A program made the translations under genes and the position numbers. Under the pieces are notes generated by a model, which worked only from the letters and a program-made list of their open reading frames with translations, ran no database searches and was not told the DNA's origin. From Octopus bimaculoides (Eukaryota), in the NCBI RefSeq assembly GCF_001194135.2, contig NC_068981.1, positions 138,743,002-138,778,695 of the forward strand: a DNA stretch of 35,694 nucleotides. The letters are read 5' to 3'. Below are positions 11,220-24,243 of this stretch, in pieces. Positions within the stretch are counted from its first letter, which is position 1. Every line of letters begins with the position of its first letter.

Positions 11220-11652
11220 CAACCACATGGTTCCAGGTTCAGTCCCACTGCGTGGCACCTTGGGCAAGTGTCTTCTACTATAGCCTCGGGCGACCAAAGC
11301 CTTGTGAGTGGATTTGATAGACGGAAACTGAAAGAAGCCCGTCGTATATATGTATATATATATATGTGTGTGTGTGTTTGTGNNNNNNNNNNAGAAGCCC
11401 GTCGTATATATGTATATATATATATGTGTGTGTGTGTTTGTGTATCTGTGTTTGTCCCCTCCCCAACATCGCTTGACATCCGATGCTGGTGTGTTTACGT
11501 CCCCGTAACTTAGCGGTTCGGCAAAAGTATCCGATAGAATAAGTACTAGGCTTACAAAAGAATAAGTCCTAGAGTCGATTTGCTCAACTAAAAGGCAGTG
11601 CTCCAGCATGGCCGCAGTTAAATGACTGAAACATATAAAAAAGAGAAAAAAG
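11220..11652 (+). mobile_element. SINE family D with internal microsatellite and an assembly duplication
   Basis: Head-to-tail homology to the other D copies. 11333-11382 is repeated at 11393-11442 across N 11383-11392. Confidence 0.9.
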
Positions 11653-11759
11653 AATATATACATACGTGCGAGTGTATACATATATACACATATATTTATA
11701 TACGTGTGTGTGTGTAAATGTGCATGTATGTATGTATGAATGTATGATGTAAAGGTACA

Positions 11760-12240
11760 ACATAGTCTCCCCCACAAGCAAGGCATTTGTGCCACTGCAG
11801 AACCCAACTCACGAATCCGATTCAAAAAAATTCAGGTATGCCACTATTCTTCCCACTTCTTTACACCTTGTCTGTGTCCATCAAATGGTCGTTTTCAAAG
11901 AGAGTCCCGAACAGGTGAAAGCCGTACGAAAGATGAAAGATGACCAAAATGTCTTCTCTAAGGAGAAGGAGGTCTTTCCATGGAAAAAACTCCTTACAAA
12001 CGAAAGTTAAGAGACAAAACTAGAAAACTGTTGCAATTTATAGGGCATCGAGGAAAAATCATATTCAACGAAATCATACATTTAGAAGAGAATCACATTA
12101 AACGAGCAAAACTGAAACCAGATGCAAGGGAAGGAAATCCTACGGATATCAATAATTCCTTCAAATGTTCAATTTGTAATCGAGTTGTTTGTAATTCTTA
12201 GGATGGTCCTGTTAGCCGCTCATGAGGTAAAGGAATCAAA
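11760..12240 (+). mobile_element. RTE-clade LINE 3' fragment, degraded
   Basis: Translated pieces include VRKMKDD, PYKRKLRDK and HLEENHIKRAKLKPDAREGNPTDINNSFKCSICNRV, resembling the C-terminal region and CxxC knuckle of RTE elements. Multiple frameshifts. Confidence 0.7.
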
Positions 12241-12284
12241 TGAAACTAATAATAAAGCTTCAGACCTTGAAAGATTATATATTT

Positions 12285-12722
12285 TTTACCTTTTGATTTG
12301 TTTCAGTCATTAGACCGCGGCCATGCTGGGGCACCGCCTTGAATTACTTTTAGTCTCGAATGAATCGACTCCAGTACTTATATTTCTTGTGTTCCTGGTG
12401 CTTATTGTATCGTTCCCTTTTGCCGAACCGCTAGATCACGGGGACGCAAACAAACGGAATCCAGTTGTCAAGCAGTGTTGGGGGACAAACACACACATGC
12501 ACACACATACACACACACACGCTCGCGCGCGCGCACACACACGTATATATATATATATATATATTTACGACAGTTTCTTTCGTTTCCATCAACTAAATCT
12601 ATTCACAAGGCTTTGGTCGGCCTGAGGTTATAGAAGACGCTTGTCCACGGTGCCACACAGTGGGACTGAACCCTAAAACATGTGGTTGGAAAGCAAGCTC
12701 CTTACCACACCGTCACACCTGG
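12285..12722 (-). mobile_element. SINE family D, full length, diverged
   Basis: Head (aggtgtgacggtgtggtaagg on the minus strand), internal CA/TA run and A-rich tail are all present. Confidence 0.88.
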
Positions 12723-13846
12723 ACTTATATATATGCTAATGATGTAATAAATGTCTTAAATAGATACATTTCTATCCGTATACAACACCAATATCATGAT
12801 TGTGCATTGTATTTAAATAAGAAGACATTTATGTTATAGCTGTGGCCAAAACTGTCGATTATCAGCTGAACAAAATCATCATATTTGTTTTACGGTGCAT
12901 TAACAAACAATAGTCATAATTATTATTGAGAATGACTTCCATCATCATGTATGTATGCATGTATGTACGTATATATGCATATATGTATGTACGCATGTAT
13001 GATTGCATATACATGTATATGTACGCAAGCGCATGTAGATAAGTGTGTGAGTAAGGGAAGAAACACGCACGTACAGTGTATGATTTTTGTGTATTTATAT
13101 GCATCTTTGTGTACACGAAACCGAATTACTTTCCTTTCTGTTGTCCATAGCTAAAACTTCAGACCATATGCAACATTTGTTAAACAATTGCGCAGCATTT
13201 GTTAAACAAATGTGTTGGATTTTATCAACAAAAAACACGCATTTCATATATTACCAAAATGTACCTTGCAAGACTTGCTTACTTTGTAGACTTGTCTAGT
13301 CTGCTAATCGCCTCAGTATCTATGTAAACAGTAGAAAAACTGCCAAAGATGAGATTCCTGTCGTCATTAAGATTACTTTCCAATGTTTTGACTGCTCCAT
13401 GTTTTGACTGCTCTCTTGTTTTCAGAAGTAGTTTAGTTAAGCAGCTATTGACCATATAATCTGACAGATGACCTTCAATTAAGTTTTGATAACATAGTCT
13501 ATGTATACGTGATCGGAATACAATGCTAATATAGCAAAAACTATCAACCATATTTGCAAGATGAGTGGTTAAAACCAGCTATTAGGTAAACACACACATG
13601 AGAATTAATAATTTATTATAGGATAGTTAATAAAGCAAACAAATAAACGAGTAAATGCTTTCTTGTTTTGTTTAATAAAAACAATTAAAGGTGTGTCTAG
13701 TTAAATTCAGTATATAATCAACATATGGTCCTTAAATCAATGAATATTTGGCACTTACTGACAAAAACAAAACAAAAATGACTAACATAAAAGTAATGAG
13801 TTCGTTGGATGTTTAAACTTACAACTTACCTTGCTACTGTTTATAT

Positions 13847-14505
13847 CAGCGGTTCTCTACTGGGGTCCATATGATCCTTGTGCGGTCCATATGATCTTTG
13901 GGGGTTCATAAAATTTATGTACAATAAATTGATTATGCTTCTACATTTCTTTTCCTTGCTTCAGTCAATTTGACTGCAGTCATGCTGGAGCACCACTTTC
14001 AAGGGGTTTTAGTCGAACAAATGGACCCCAGGACTTATTTCTTAAGCCTAGTACTTATTCAATCGGACGCTTTTGGCGAACCACCTAAGTTACGGGTACG
14101 TAAACACACCAAAACCGGTTGTCAAAGGGTGATGAGGAGAGAAACACAAAGACACACACACGTATATATCTATCTATATATATATATATTTACAACGGGC
14201 TTCTTTCAATTTCCCTCTACCAAATTCACTCACAAGTCTTTGTGCGGTCCGAGGCTATAGTAGAACACACTCGCCGCGTAGTCGGATTGAACCCGGAACC
14301 ATGTGATCGGGAAGCAAGCTTCTTACCACACAGTTACGACGGCGCCTACAGTACATAATATGTTTTAACAATTTTTTATACAATTCCTAATAATATTTAA
14401 TAACAAACATAATGAATTTTTTAAACACCGAATGGCTATGGAGGTTCGCTCGAGAAAAGCTGGAATCAAAGGGATCCATAGACAAAATATGGTTGAGAAC
14501 TTCTA
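13847..14505. mobile_element. hAT (Charlie-like) MITE interrupted by a SINE
   Basis: Termini CAGCGGTTCTCTACT and GGTTGAGAACTTCTA. Identical 8-bp TSD gtttatat at 13839-13846 and 14506-14513; an 8-bp TSD is characteristic of hAT. Confidence 0.85.
13947..14348 (-). mobile_element. SINE family D nested inside the hAT MITE
   Basis: Full head-to-tail homology with the other D copies, located between the MITE termini. Confidence 0.88.
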
Positions 14506-14703
14506 GTTTATATATCTACCCTGAGTTTTGATAGATAAGTTGTTGTTGTTGTTGCTGCTGTTTCCGCTGCTGTTGACCAGATCAGCCTATACTGGGCGAA
14601 ACTAAAATCAAAAGTATCCCAACCGTAACCATCTCGTCTTTTACTGTCTCTGACTACGTACCCTTTACTTCTGTTTTTTTGAAGTCGGTACGGTGTGATT
14701 TGT

Positions 14704-15085
14704 GGAAGCGTAATGGCCCAGTGGTTAGGGCAGTGGACTCGCGGTCATAGGATCGCGGTTTCGATTCCAAGACCGGGCGTTGTGAGTGTTTATTGAGCGA
14801 AAACACCTAAAGCTCCACGAGGCTCCGGCAGGGGATGATGGCGAACCCTGCTGTACTCTTCCATCACAACTTCCTCTCACTCTTACTTCCTGTTTCTGTT
14901 GTGCCTGCAATTCAAAGGGTCAGCCTTGTCACACTGTGTCACGCTGAATATCCCCGAGAACTACGTTAAGAGTACACAAGTCTGTGGATTGCTCAGCCAC
15001 TTGCACGTTAATTTCTCGAGCAGGCTGTTCCGTTGATCGGATCAACTGGAACCCTCGACGTCGTAAGCGACGGAGTGCCAACAAC
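14704..15085 (+). mobile_element. tRNA-derived SINE, family A, full length
   Basis: A-box-like TGGCCCAGTGG, B-box-like GGTTTCGATTCC, (AAC) tail. 12-bp TSD acggtgtgattt at 14690-14701 and 15084-15095. Confidence 0.95.
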
Positions 15086-15300
15086 GGTGTGATTTAAAGA
15101 TTTGGCTGCTATTTTTACCCGCTCAAACGATCACGTAGAGTACCTCCCTTTACCGTTGGTTCGTAAATGTGTAAGTTCCTATTCCTTACTCGAAGCGCCA
15201 TCAAGTGGATGAACGGCTTCTGGTGATTTCTTCAGTTAGCATCATTTGTTTGTTACAAAATGTTCGTTGAGGAATATGAAGGTGGTTTCCCGATGCCTTT

Positions 15301-15371
15301 TATCTTTTATTCTTTTATATTCTACTTGCTTCAGTCATTGGACTGCAGCCATACTGGAGCACCACCTCGAA
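15301..15371 (-). mobile_element. SINE family D, 3' tail fragment
   Basis: cttgcttcagtcattggactgcagccatactggagcacc matches the D 3' end. Confidence 0.7.
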
Positions 15372-15780
15372 GAGGTTATGAGGATTGAAAAGGATAAGGA
15401 GAAATTATCATGTTTAATATATACCAGCAGGACTCGTGAATATTTCACGGAATTAATGGTAAACCTACTGGGTTATTTCTGAAAACTTTATCCAAAAATC
15501 CTGAAAGTATAGTCTGTGTTGGGTATGTCTGGAAAGATAGTAGCTCATCTGTTACTCATTGAAAAGTGAAAGAAATTGGAATACGATGATTACTTAATGC
15601 ACTTTATATACTTTATACACAATTTTATAGACTTAATAAACAGCACTCATAAAATAAATATTCACTCTTATTTTTCCATTTTTCTCATAAGAAATATATA
15701 TATATATATATATCCTGTACATATGATACGACCTTTAGTTAAATTGCATATATCTGTCACATATATTATGCGCAATTGAT

Positions 15781-16041
15781 TTCAAATTTTGGCACACGGC
15801 CAGCTATTTCGTGGAAAGGTTAAGTCCATTGCATTGACCCCAGTGTTCAACTGGTACTTATTTTATCAACCTCTTACTTACTGGTACTTATTTTATCAAC
15901 CTCTTACTTACTGGTACTTATTTTATCAAAGGATGAAAAGTAAAGTCAACGTCGGCGGAATTTGAACTCAAAACCTGAAGGCGGGAGAAATGCTAAGCAT
16001 TTTTCCCGGTGTGCTAACGATTCTGCCAGCTCACCGCCTTA
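15781..16041 (-). mobile_element. SINE family E with an internal 30-bp tandem triplication (15850-15929)
   Basis: E homology. The unit actggtacttattttatcaacctcttactt occurs about 2.7 times. Confidence 0.88.
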
Positions 16042-16731
16042 CTAAAATATAAAAAATATTTAAAAACCATTCCACCTCACTTGTGTCCTTGGAGACAGAA
16101 TGGTAGAACTGGAATGTTCTAAATAATTCTGCTATGGTGTACTCTACCAGTCGTCATACTGTCGCAATAATATACTTGGATCGATACAGTTGACTCTAGT
16201 TCTACTTTATATATTTGTGCTTAGAGTAAATATTAGAAAACTGTTTAGCTGTTGGTTGTTCCCACATATTCCAAGCCTATGAACATAGACTTTTCAGCCG
16301 GGCCCGTACCATCGAGTTTTGAGACATACTATATTTAAGACATTTTCCAACTTGTCTTTCGTCGAGAGATATTCAGTTACTATTTGTAGCAGGTCGAATG
16401 ATTTTTCTCAAAAGCCTTCCAATCGTATCCATTCAATCGTATCTCCAGATATACATACAGTATCAAGGACTGCATTACCCAATAATATAGAGCCCTTATT
16501 ATGACTATATGATTTGAATTAAAGTTGGCTGGTATTTCTAGCAGATCGAGCGATTATGCAGAAATTCAGTTACTGGCTCTTTTTTGTTGCTGTAGTTTTT
16601 GTAGTTTTGTTTAACCCCAAGTAGGATCTGATCTAGTGTGAACAGAAGGTGTTGAAGCCCATCAATCTACCCTTTTATCTTTCTTACATGTTTTTTTCTG
16701 AAATTGTCTACCTCTGGCTACATTATTTTAA

Positions 16732-17445
16732 ACGGATCTTTCTGATTTGACAGACACCATTTGTTTTCTTACGAAACACTTTCAAACTTGGGATACTGGT
16801 AGAATGTGTCATATAAAACATCTTTTTCTCGTAGCCTTGTTAATAAGAAAAGTTTCTATATTCCAAGTTATTTCATGTTAAAAGTTATCGTATTTCGGTA
16901 ATTTCAACCAATCATTGACGTCTATTGAGGTGAAAACAATTACTGCTGTGGTTTTTCAACATGTTCTGGCGATGTAATGGGATCTTTTCCCTTGAATAAA
17001 ATTACTGCCGTTGTTTGTCAACAACAACTATCGGTGGTACTGTTATTTATGACATCGTTCATGCGTTTGTACTGGTCTTAGCTTTAGGGTTTTAAGGTTA
17101 GGGTTCGGGTTTTAGAGTTAGGGTTAGGGTTAGGGTTAGGGTTAGAATTAGGGTTAGAGTTGGTGCTTAATTCAAAACGGTTACCAGGGACTAACGATAT
17201 ATACACCGCCACAAATTATTGTTGACAAAGAACAGCAGTAACTCTATTCAGCTAAATAGACGTCAGTGATTGGTTGAAATTACTGAAATACAATTTTTAA
17301 CATGAAATAACTTCGAATATAAAATTTTTTCTCTGTTCTATAAGACAAAATATACAAGTATACGAAGTTTTAAAGCGTTTCGGTAGAAAACACACTAAAT
17401 AAAAACTAAATCAAAAAATGGTATACACCAAATCAGAAAGAACCA
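16732..17445. mobile_element. Non-autonomous DNA transposon (MITE-like) with long TIRs and a central degenerate (TTAGGG)n tract
   Basis: 16738-16762 pairs with 17416-17440, 16861-16926 pairs with 17255-17317, and similarity continues inward to about 17040/17205. TTAA at 16728-16731 and 17446-17449. Confidence 0.85.
17084..17160 (+). repeat. Interstitial telomere-like (TTAGGG)n tract
   Basis: Four consecutive perfect TTAGGG units plus variants (TTAAGG, TTCGGG, TTAGAG). Confidence 0.9.
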
Positions 17446-17892
17446 TTAAAACTGATACTACAAAGTGCATTTCAATGTAATTTTGGCTACCATTTCTAGC
17501 AGATTTACTGACCGCATACAAGCTCACTTTCACTCATCGGCCATTTTGTTTTTGTTGGTATATTACTATGTACTCGCTGCTGCATCCCTTCCATTTTGTT
17601 TTCTTTACCGTCAGTTAGAATGTGTTGACATATTGAAGGAAGGAGGACGGCCAAAATGTTGAATTATATATCTCCGCGATATTTTGATGAGTGGAAGAGG
17701 TGGGTACGGATGGCTAGAAGGTTGTAATTTCATATAAATTTTATTTCTTTTATTTTTGTTTTCTTTCTTATTTAGTTTTTTTTTTTCTATCGTTGTGAAG
17801 ATTAGAATATGTTTTCAAAACCACTGTCCAAGGTTGGAAGGACGTTGGTTAGGTATTTCTTATAACAATGGCGACTTCGTTCCTCTTTCAGA

Positions 17893-17945
17893 ATCATCAT
17901 CATCATCATCACCATCATCATCATCATAACAAGAAGAAGAAGAAG

Positions 17946-17976
<31 letters not shown>

Positions 17977-18181
17977 TGATGATCATGATGATCATGATGA
18001 TGATCATGATGATGATCATGAAAAAGAAGAAGGAGGAGGAGTTAAGAAAAAGAAGGGGGAAAAGAAGACGCAGAAGAAAAAGACGAAGAAAAAGACGAAG
18101 ATAAGGAAGATGAAGAAGAAGGAGGAAGAAGAAGAAGAAGAAGAAGAAGAAGAAGAAGAAGAAGAAGAAGAAGAAGAAGAA

Positions 18182-18236
<55 letters not shown>

Positions 18237-18250
18237 GTGATATGGTGATG
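17893..18250. repeat. Compound (CAT)n(AAG)n(GAT)n trinucleotide arrays
   Basis: Visible directly; source of the poly-H/K/E/D ORFs. Confidence 0.95.
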
Positions 18251-19610
18251 ATAATGGAAGAGGAAGGAGGAAGGAAGTGGAGAGGAAGGGGGAGGGAGAA
18301 TTTATAACAATTACACTTTAAACAACTGGATTTACGTATAGCGGAATAATGGCAAAATTCAACATCAACATCAACAACAAAAGGAAGCAAAAAAATAAAA
18401 AGTGAAATAGAACGAAAGATAATGCAAAATGAAATTCCCTGTTGTACGCAATAATAGCAACAACTATAACAACAACAACGACAATTACAATTACAATAAC
18501 AACAACGAAAGCAATAAGAAGAGAAATGCCAGCAACGATAAAGAATAGCAGCTCGAATAAATTGCAATAGAAAAGAATAACAGAAAAGAGTGAGAGGAGG
18601 AGGCAGAAAATGAAGAGAGGTGGGGAGAAAGGAGAGAGAAGGGAGGAAGAGGAAGAGGAAAATATTTCTGCGAGTCTCGTCAAAGGGAGATTTCAGCTTG
18701 ACCCTAGCATGATCGTTGAACAGATGAAGGAGAGGAAATATACGATGATGGCGAGTTGGTGATCACACTTAACAAGTCTTTTTGTTTTTGTTTCGTATTT
18801 TTGTTAAAAGAAGCAGAGAAATGAATGCATGGTAAACTATCATTGCTTGTTTTTGTTTTTTGTTGTTGTTTTTTTTTTGTTTTTAGATGGGAATCCCGAC
18901 AAAGACAGGCGTTTAAAGATTACGATTAAAGTTCGATCTAAGTCCTAAAATGTAGAATGGTCGTTATATGAAGTCCACGGGATGAGCAAGACCTTTGGTA
19001 AAATATCAGTTTGATGGTTGTTTTGCAATTTTTTCATTTGCTTGGAAGAACAATTTAAAAGTGATAGAGAAATCAACGACGAAAAACAGGTTTCGATCTG
19101 CGTTCTAGAGTGGAATGAAAAATATACGTCGCTTCTATAGATGGCATAAAGACTGAGAATGAACGCGACACAAGCGCTCTGTACAAAATAGAAAGAAAGA
19201 AAGCATTCTTCCAAGGAGACATGTAGAATTCCTTACGTTAACAAAATTCTAATTTTTTTAAGGCATTCAGGATTTCAAAGACACCACGCATAAAGTACTC
19301 GTTCTATTTTACTTCCTTCTAATTCTTGGTGTTGACGCACGCTGGAATTCTTTGTGTTTAGCGAATAATAAATGAGGAAAGTTACGAAACTCTCCTAAAT
19401 TTGCTACTACAGTTATAACAAATACCGAATATGTAACTGGTCATCCAGATTGAGTGAACATGTGCTTAGTTGTTCAGGACTGTAAAGAAATATGTAAGGT
19501 GAACTTTAATCAGAGATTCAGTCACTGAGAAGTTAATTCAGTGACCAGATTTCATGGTTGTTAAAAGAAAATTGACAGGAGATCTTTATAAATATCAGGT
19601 TGTAACATAA

Positions 19611-19844
19611 TTAATAAAGGAGTTACGGAGATTTACTTGCATAGCAAGTGATCTGATCTGAGATCGTGTGCTGGAACGAAAACAATTGAGATGCAGCAAA
19701 GAATTTTGTCAGTGAACAGGTCGCGGTCTCAAAGCGACGAAAATATTTTGACAAATTAAATTTTGAAGTGAATCTAACGGTCTTTGTGTGTTATTTTAAA
19801 TGTCTTATAAACACCTTCCACGCTGCAGTTGTTAATAAAGGAGT
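19611..19844. repeat. Probable truncated MITE bracketed by a 13-bp direct repeat
   Basis: ttaataaaggagt at 19611-19623 and 19832-19844. Internal hairpin acttgc-ata-gcaagt 19635-19649. Partial inverted match caattg..gcagc / gctgcagttg. Confidence 0.45.
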
Positions 19845-20271
19845 ATTAGATCAGAATCTGTTAGACAAGAAGCTTATAAGGACGTAGTCGCTGAATATAA
19901 ATTAATTATTTTTCACGTCTAAACATGATAATTACATTGGTCAAACTAAGGTGCAAGTTTTAAAATACGATGTAACGGAAGCCTTTTGATATACATGGCA
20001 TACGATTTATGAACGAAGCTACCAAATAGTATTTATCAAACCGGAATGCATGTTTGGTATGTTTATTTAGCTGGTACCGAGACGATAGACTGGGAGCAAA
20101 GAACATTAAAGCATCTCTGAATAGTCTCTCATTTTTCCTGGTAACAAAGTGATGCAGAGAGTGTGTAACATCATAGGTGAGTCGCTCCTCCACCAGTATA
20201 AGATCAGTCAAACACATTCTATGAAATTGTCCATCGAAATATCGCAAAGCATTTCACCCGGCCTGCTAACG

Positions 20272-20510
20272 TTTCTTATTTCTTTATTGCCCACAAGGGA
20301 CTAGACATAGAGGAGACAAACAAGGACCGACAAAGGGATTAAGTCGATTACACCGATCCCAGTGCGTAACTGGTATTTAATTTATCGACGCCGAAAAGAT
20401 GAAAGGCAAAGTCGACCTCGGCGGAATTTGAACTCAGAACGTTGCGGCAGACGAAATACCGGTAAGCATCTCGACCGGCGTGCTAACGTTTCTGCCAGCT
20501 CGCCACCTTA
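20272..20510 (-). mobile_element. SINE family E, full length
   Basis: Minus-strand head aaggtggcgagctggcagaaacgttagcacgccgg...GAGTTCAAATTCC. A short second head fragment precedes it at 20245-20276. Confidence 0.9.
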
Positions 20511-21259
20511 GATGAAATAACGTTCTAATAAAGTACTGGAAGCGATTTAATCGAATAGCCCACCCATCCCGCTCTCTGCTAATTTGTGCCTATGTTAAAA
20601 ATAATTATTAATATTGTTGTTGTTGTCATCGTAGTCGTCGTGGTTTTTGTTGTTGTTTAAACGGAGTTATGTATTCAGAAGGTCTGGTGTTTATTTTATA
20701 TTCGGGCACCAGAACTCCGAACACTGCCGCAGATGTTCATTTATGTCGTTGCTGTCGCCTTGACAAAGGACAATATATTGCTCCTAATCATCCACATCAT
20801 CATCATCATCATCATCATTATCATCACCATCATCGTAATTATAATCATCACCTCCACTAACATCACCACCTTTTCCGTCTCCACAATTGTTGTTATTTTC
20901 GTTGTTGTTATTGTTGTAATAAGTGTTGATATTGCAGTGCTTTCATTATTCGGTACTTCTTCCTTGCAGTGACCTTGTTACGGCCGTTAATTGTTGCTGT
21001 GTCTATGAATGTTGAAAGTTGGGAGGGAAGGGCCTTCGTTACACGAGGTGGGGACGGGAGTGCTGGTTGTCTGTTGTGATGTTAACTGGTTCAATTCGAC
21101 TGGCTGGTTTATCTTTTATTATGAAGGCACGATAAGGCTATTCATTGCCAGCAAAATTGGCAGAAATACAAAAAAAAGAGTAAGAAATATCGTAACAGAT
21201 TAAGGAAACACGCTCAAAAAGGAAGGGACGGATAGATTTAGTTCAAATTGGTAAAAGCT

Positions 21260-21680
<421 letters not shown>

Positions 21681-21835
21681 GTATTTGGGTGTGTAGCTCA
21701 GTTTTAATTTCTGAGTTCGTTCTTCTCCATTATCCCCATGACTATCATTTAGTCAGCGAAACATCTTTTTCACACTTCGTCTTCTCTCTCCCTCTCCCCT
21801 TCTGTATGTCTGTCAGTGTGTCTCTCTCTCACTCT

Positions 21836-21884
<49 letters not shown>

Positions 21885-23263
21885 NNNNNNNNNNNNNNNN
21901 NNNNNNNNNNNNNNNNNNNNNNNNNNNNNNNNNNNNNNNNNNNNNNNNNNNNNNNNNNNNNNNNNNNNNNNNNNNNNNNNNNNNNNNNNNNNNNNNNNNN
22001 NNNNNNNNNNNNNNNNNNNNNNNNNNNNNNNNNNNNNNNNNNNNNNNNNNNNNNNNNNNNNNNNNNNNNNNNNNNNNNNNNNNNNNNNNNNNNNNNNNNN
22101 NNNNNNNNNNNNNNNNNNNNNNNNNNNNNNNNNNNNNNNNNNNNNNNNNNNNNNNNNNNNNNNNNNNNNNNNNNNNNNNNNNNNNNNNNNNNNNNNNNNN
22201 NNNNNNNNNNNNNNNNNNNNNNNNNNNNNNNNNNNNNNNNNNNNNNNNNNNNNNNNNNNNNNNNNNNNNNNNNNNNNNNNNNNNNNNNNNNNNNNNNNNN
22301 NNNNNNNNNNNNNNNNNNNNNNNNNNNNNNNNNNNNNNNNNNNNNNNNNNNNNNNNNNNNNNNNNNNNNNNNNNNNNNNNNNNNNNNNNNNNNNNNNNNN
22401 ATATATATATATATATATGCATGTATATTCACAGAATATTTACAAAATAAGATGGTACGTGACTTTACATTGAATAATGACATGTTCAAAAATTATATAC
22501 AAGTACAAATGGAAGAAACGGAAACTACATACATAGAATGTCGCTAAATCCTCATCGACATTCTACGTATATTTTCCGTTTGTTCTGTTTATGACCAAGT
22601 CATCTATTTTTATACACTTTATTTAGGATCCAATGTGTCCATTTTTAAAAGAAAAAGTGTCGCTTGACGGATATTTGGCTGCTATTTCTAGTAGATCGAG
22701 TGATTAGCATGACACTTTCCTCCTTCGTCGGCTTGCTGCAGCCTCTGTTATTGTTGTTCTTCGGGTTTGTTGTTTCTACTGTTACCGACTCTGACGTTTG
22801 CTATCATTGTTGCCTGTATGCTTGTGGCTTGCCTCATGTGGTCCATTCACCGCTGCCTTTACAAACTCATCTTCCCTTCTGAAGATGCCTGACTGACGTT
22901 CGTCGTTTGTTTATTCATTAACCGCAAATTGTCCTATCAATAGAATCACTGACAGCTTCTTCTTTGCAAGGGGATTGGACGAAGCAAGAAGTAAAAGAAA
23001 GAATAATTAAAAAAAAAAAAAGAGGCGAAAAAATAGTTATGAAAGAAAAAAGGGTGAAAATGTAAAAAAAATGTAAAGGCGAACGAAAAAGAGAACAGGC
23101 AGAGGGAAGGGAAAATGAAAAGAAGAAACAACGAATGAAAAAAATCAAGATGAAACAAACAAAAGAAGAAATAAAGAAAAGGATAGGAAGGAATTAAACA
23201 AAATGAAGGAAAGAAAATGGAAAAGATTAGAAAAGTAAACAAAGCTATTAAAAGTTGAGGTAA

Positions 23264-23290
23264 AAGAAAGAAAGAAAGAAAGAAAGAAAA

Positions 23291-23324
<34 letters not shown>

Positions 23325-23388
23325 AAAAGAATATGAGAGAAAGAAAGACAGTAAGGAAAGAAAAAAGTAAGGAAAGAAAGGAAGAAAA

Positions 23389-23436
<48 letters not shown>

Positions 23437-23510
23437 AATGAAAGATGGAAAGATAGATGGAATGAAAGATAAAAAGAATATGAGAGAAAGAAAANNNNNN
23501 NNNNNNNNGA

Positions 23511-23554
<44 letters not shown>

Positions 23555-23653
23555 AATGAAAGATGGAAAGATAGATGGAATGAAAGATAAAAAGAATATG
23601 AGAGAAAGAAAGACAGTAAGGAAAGAAAAAAGTAAGGAAAGAAAGGAAGAAAA

Positions 23654-23701
<48 letters not shown>

Positions 23702-23758
23702 AATGAAAGATGGAAAGATAGATGGAATGAAAGATAAAAAGAATATGAGAGAAAGAAA
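23264..23758. repeat. (AAAG)n-based minisatellite with a unit of about 148 bp, interrupted by a 14-N gap
   Basis: gaaatgaaagatggaaagatagatggaatgaaagataaaaagaatatgagaga recurs near 23434, 23552 and 23700. Confidence 0.85.
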
Positions 23759-24243
23759 ATAATGGAAGGGAAATAAAAGAAGGAATAAAGGGAAACAATA
23801 AAAAGGAATGAATAAGTGTCAGGAAGAATGAGATGCAAAAAGAAAGACGGGAAAAACAGACAGAAAGAGAGAAAAATCAAAGATGGATATAACGGGAGAA
23901 AAAGAAACAAAAGAATAAAAATAGGGACGAAAAATTTAATAGAAAAACAAAGTGAAAAAAAGTTAATTTATGAAAACAAAAGAATAAACAGAGAAAAATA
24001 GCTAAATAAAAGTAAAAAGCAGGTAACACAAGAAAATAATAAATGAAGGATGACAAATGAAAGACAAAAAGATGGTGGAAGTATGTGGCAGGGCGGGAAA
24101 TATAGAGGGGAAAGGAGCAGAGAATGATAATAGAAAGAGGCGAGTAAATAAAGTTATTGAAAGGAAGCAAAGATGAGTATGAAAGTTAGAAGGAAGATTA
24201 CAGAACTCATTTATAAAAAAAACAATGGAGATAAATAGATATA

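Noticed and set aside
10600-13319. Two candidate minus-strand micro-exons: 13283-13319 (DTEAISRLDKST) and 10600-10635 (GHEIQQIYRVT), with plausible splice sites
   Set aside because: Their phases do not join directly and I recognise no homology. Spliced RNA-seq alignment would be needed to revive them.
13279-13551. 90-aa minus-strand ORF with ordinary composition
   Set aside because: No recognisable family, and it contains a short tandem duplication (gagcagtcaaaacat x2) typical of neutral DNA.
14704-14770. tRNA-like A and B boxes here and in the other SINE heads
   Set aside because: No complete cloverleaf; each continues into a repeated SINE body, often with a TSD.
15200-15240. Minus-strand CTGAAGA...GAAG as a possible hammerhead
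   Set aside because: GAAA is not intact, and stems I and II do not pair.
18016-18683. Poly-E/D, poly-S and poly-K ORFs
   Set aside because: Trinucleotide arrays open in several frames on both strands.
18887-18948. Strong polypyrimidine acceptor followed by DGNPDKDRRLKITIKVRSKS*
   Set aside because: It could be a terminal exon, but the T tract may be simple repeat, and there is no upstream exon or homology.
19521-19545. 8-bp hairpin gtcactga/tcagtgac
   Set aside because: Expected by chance in a window this size.
22780-22900. CTGAAGA and ctgacgtttg motifs
   Set aside because: No GAAA at a compatible position and no supporting stems.
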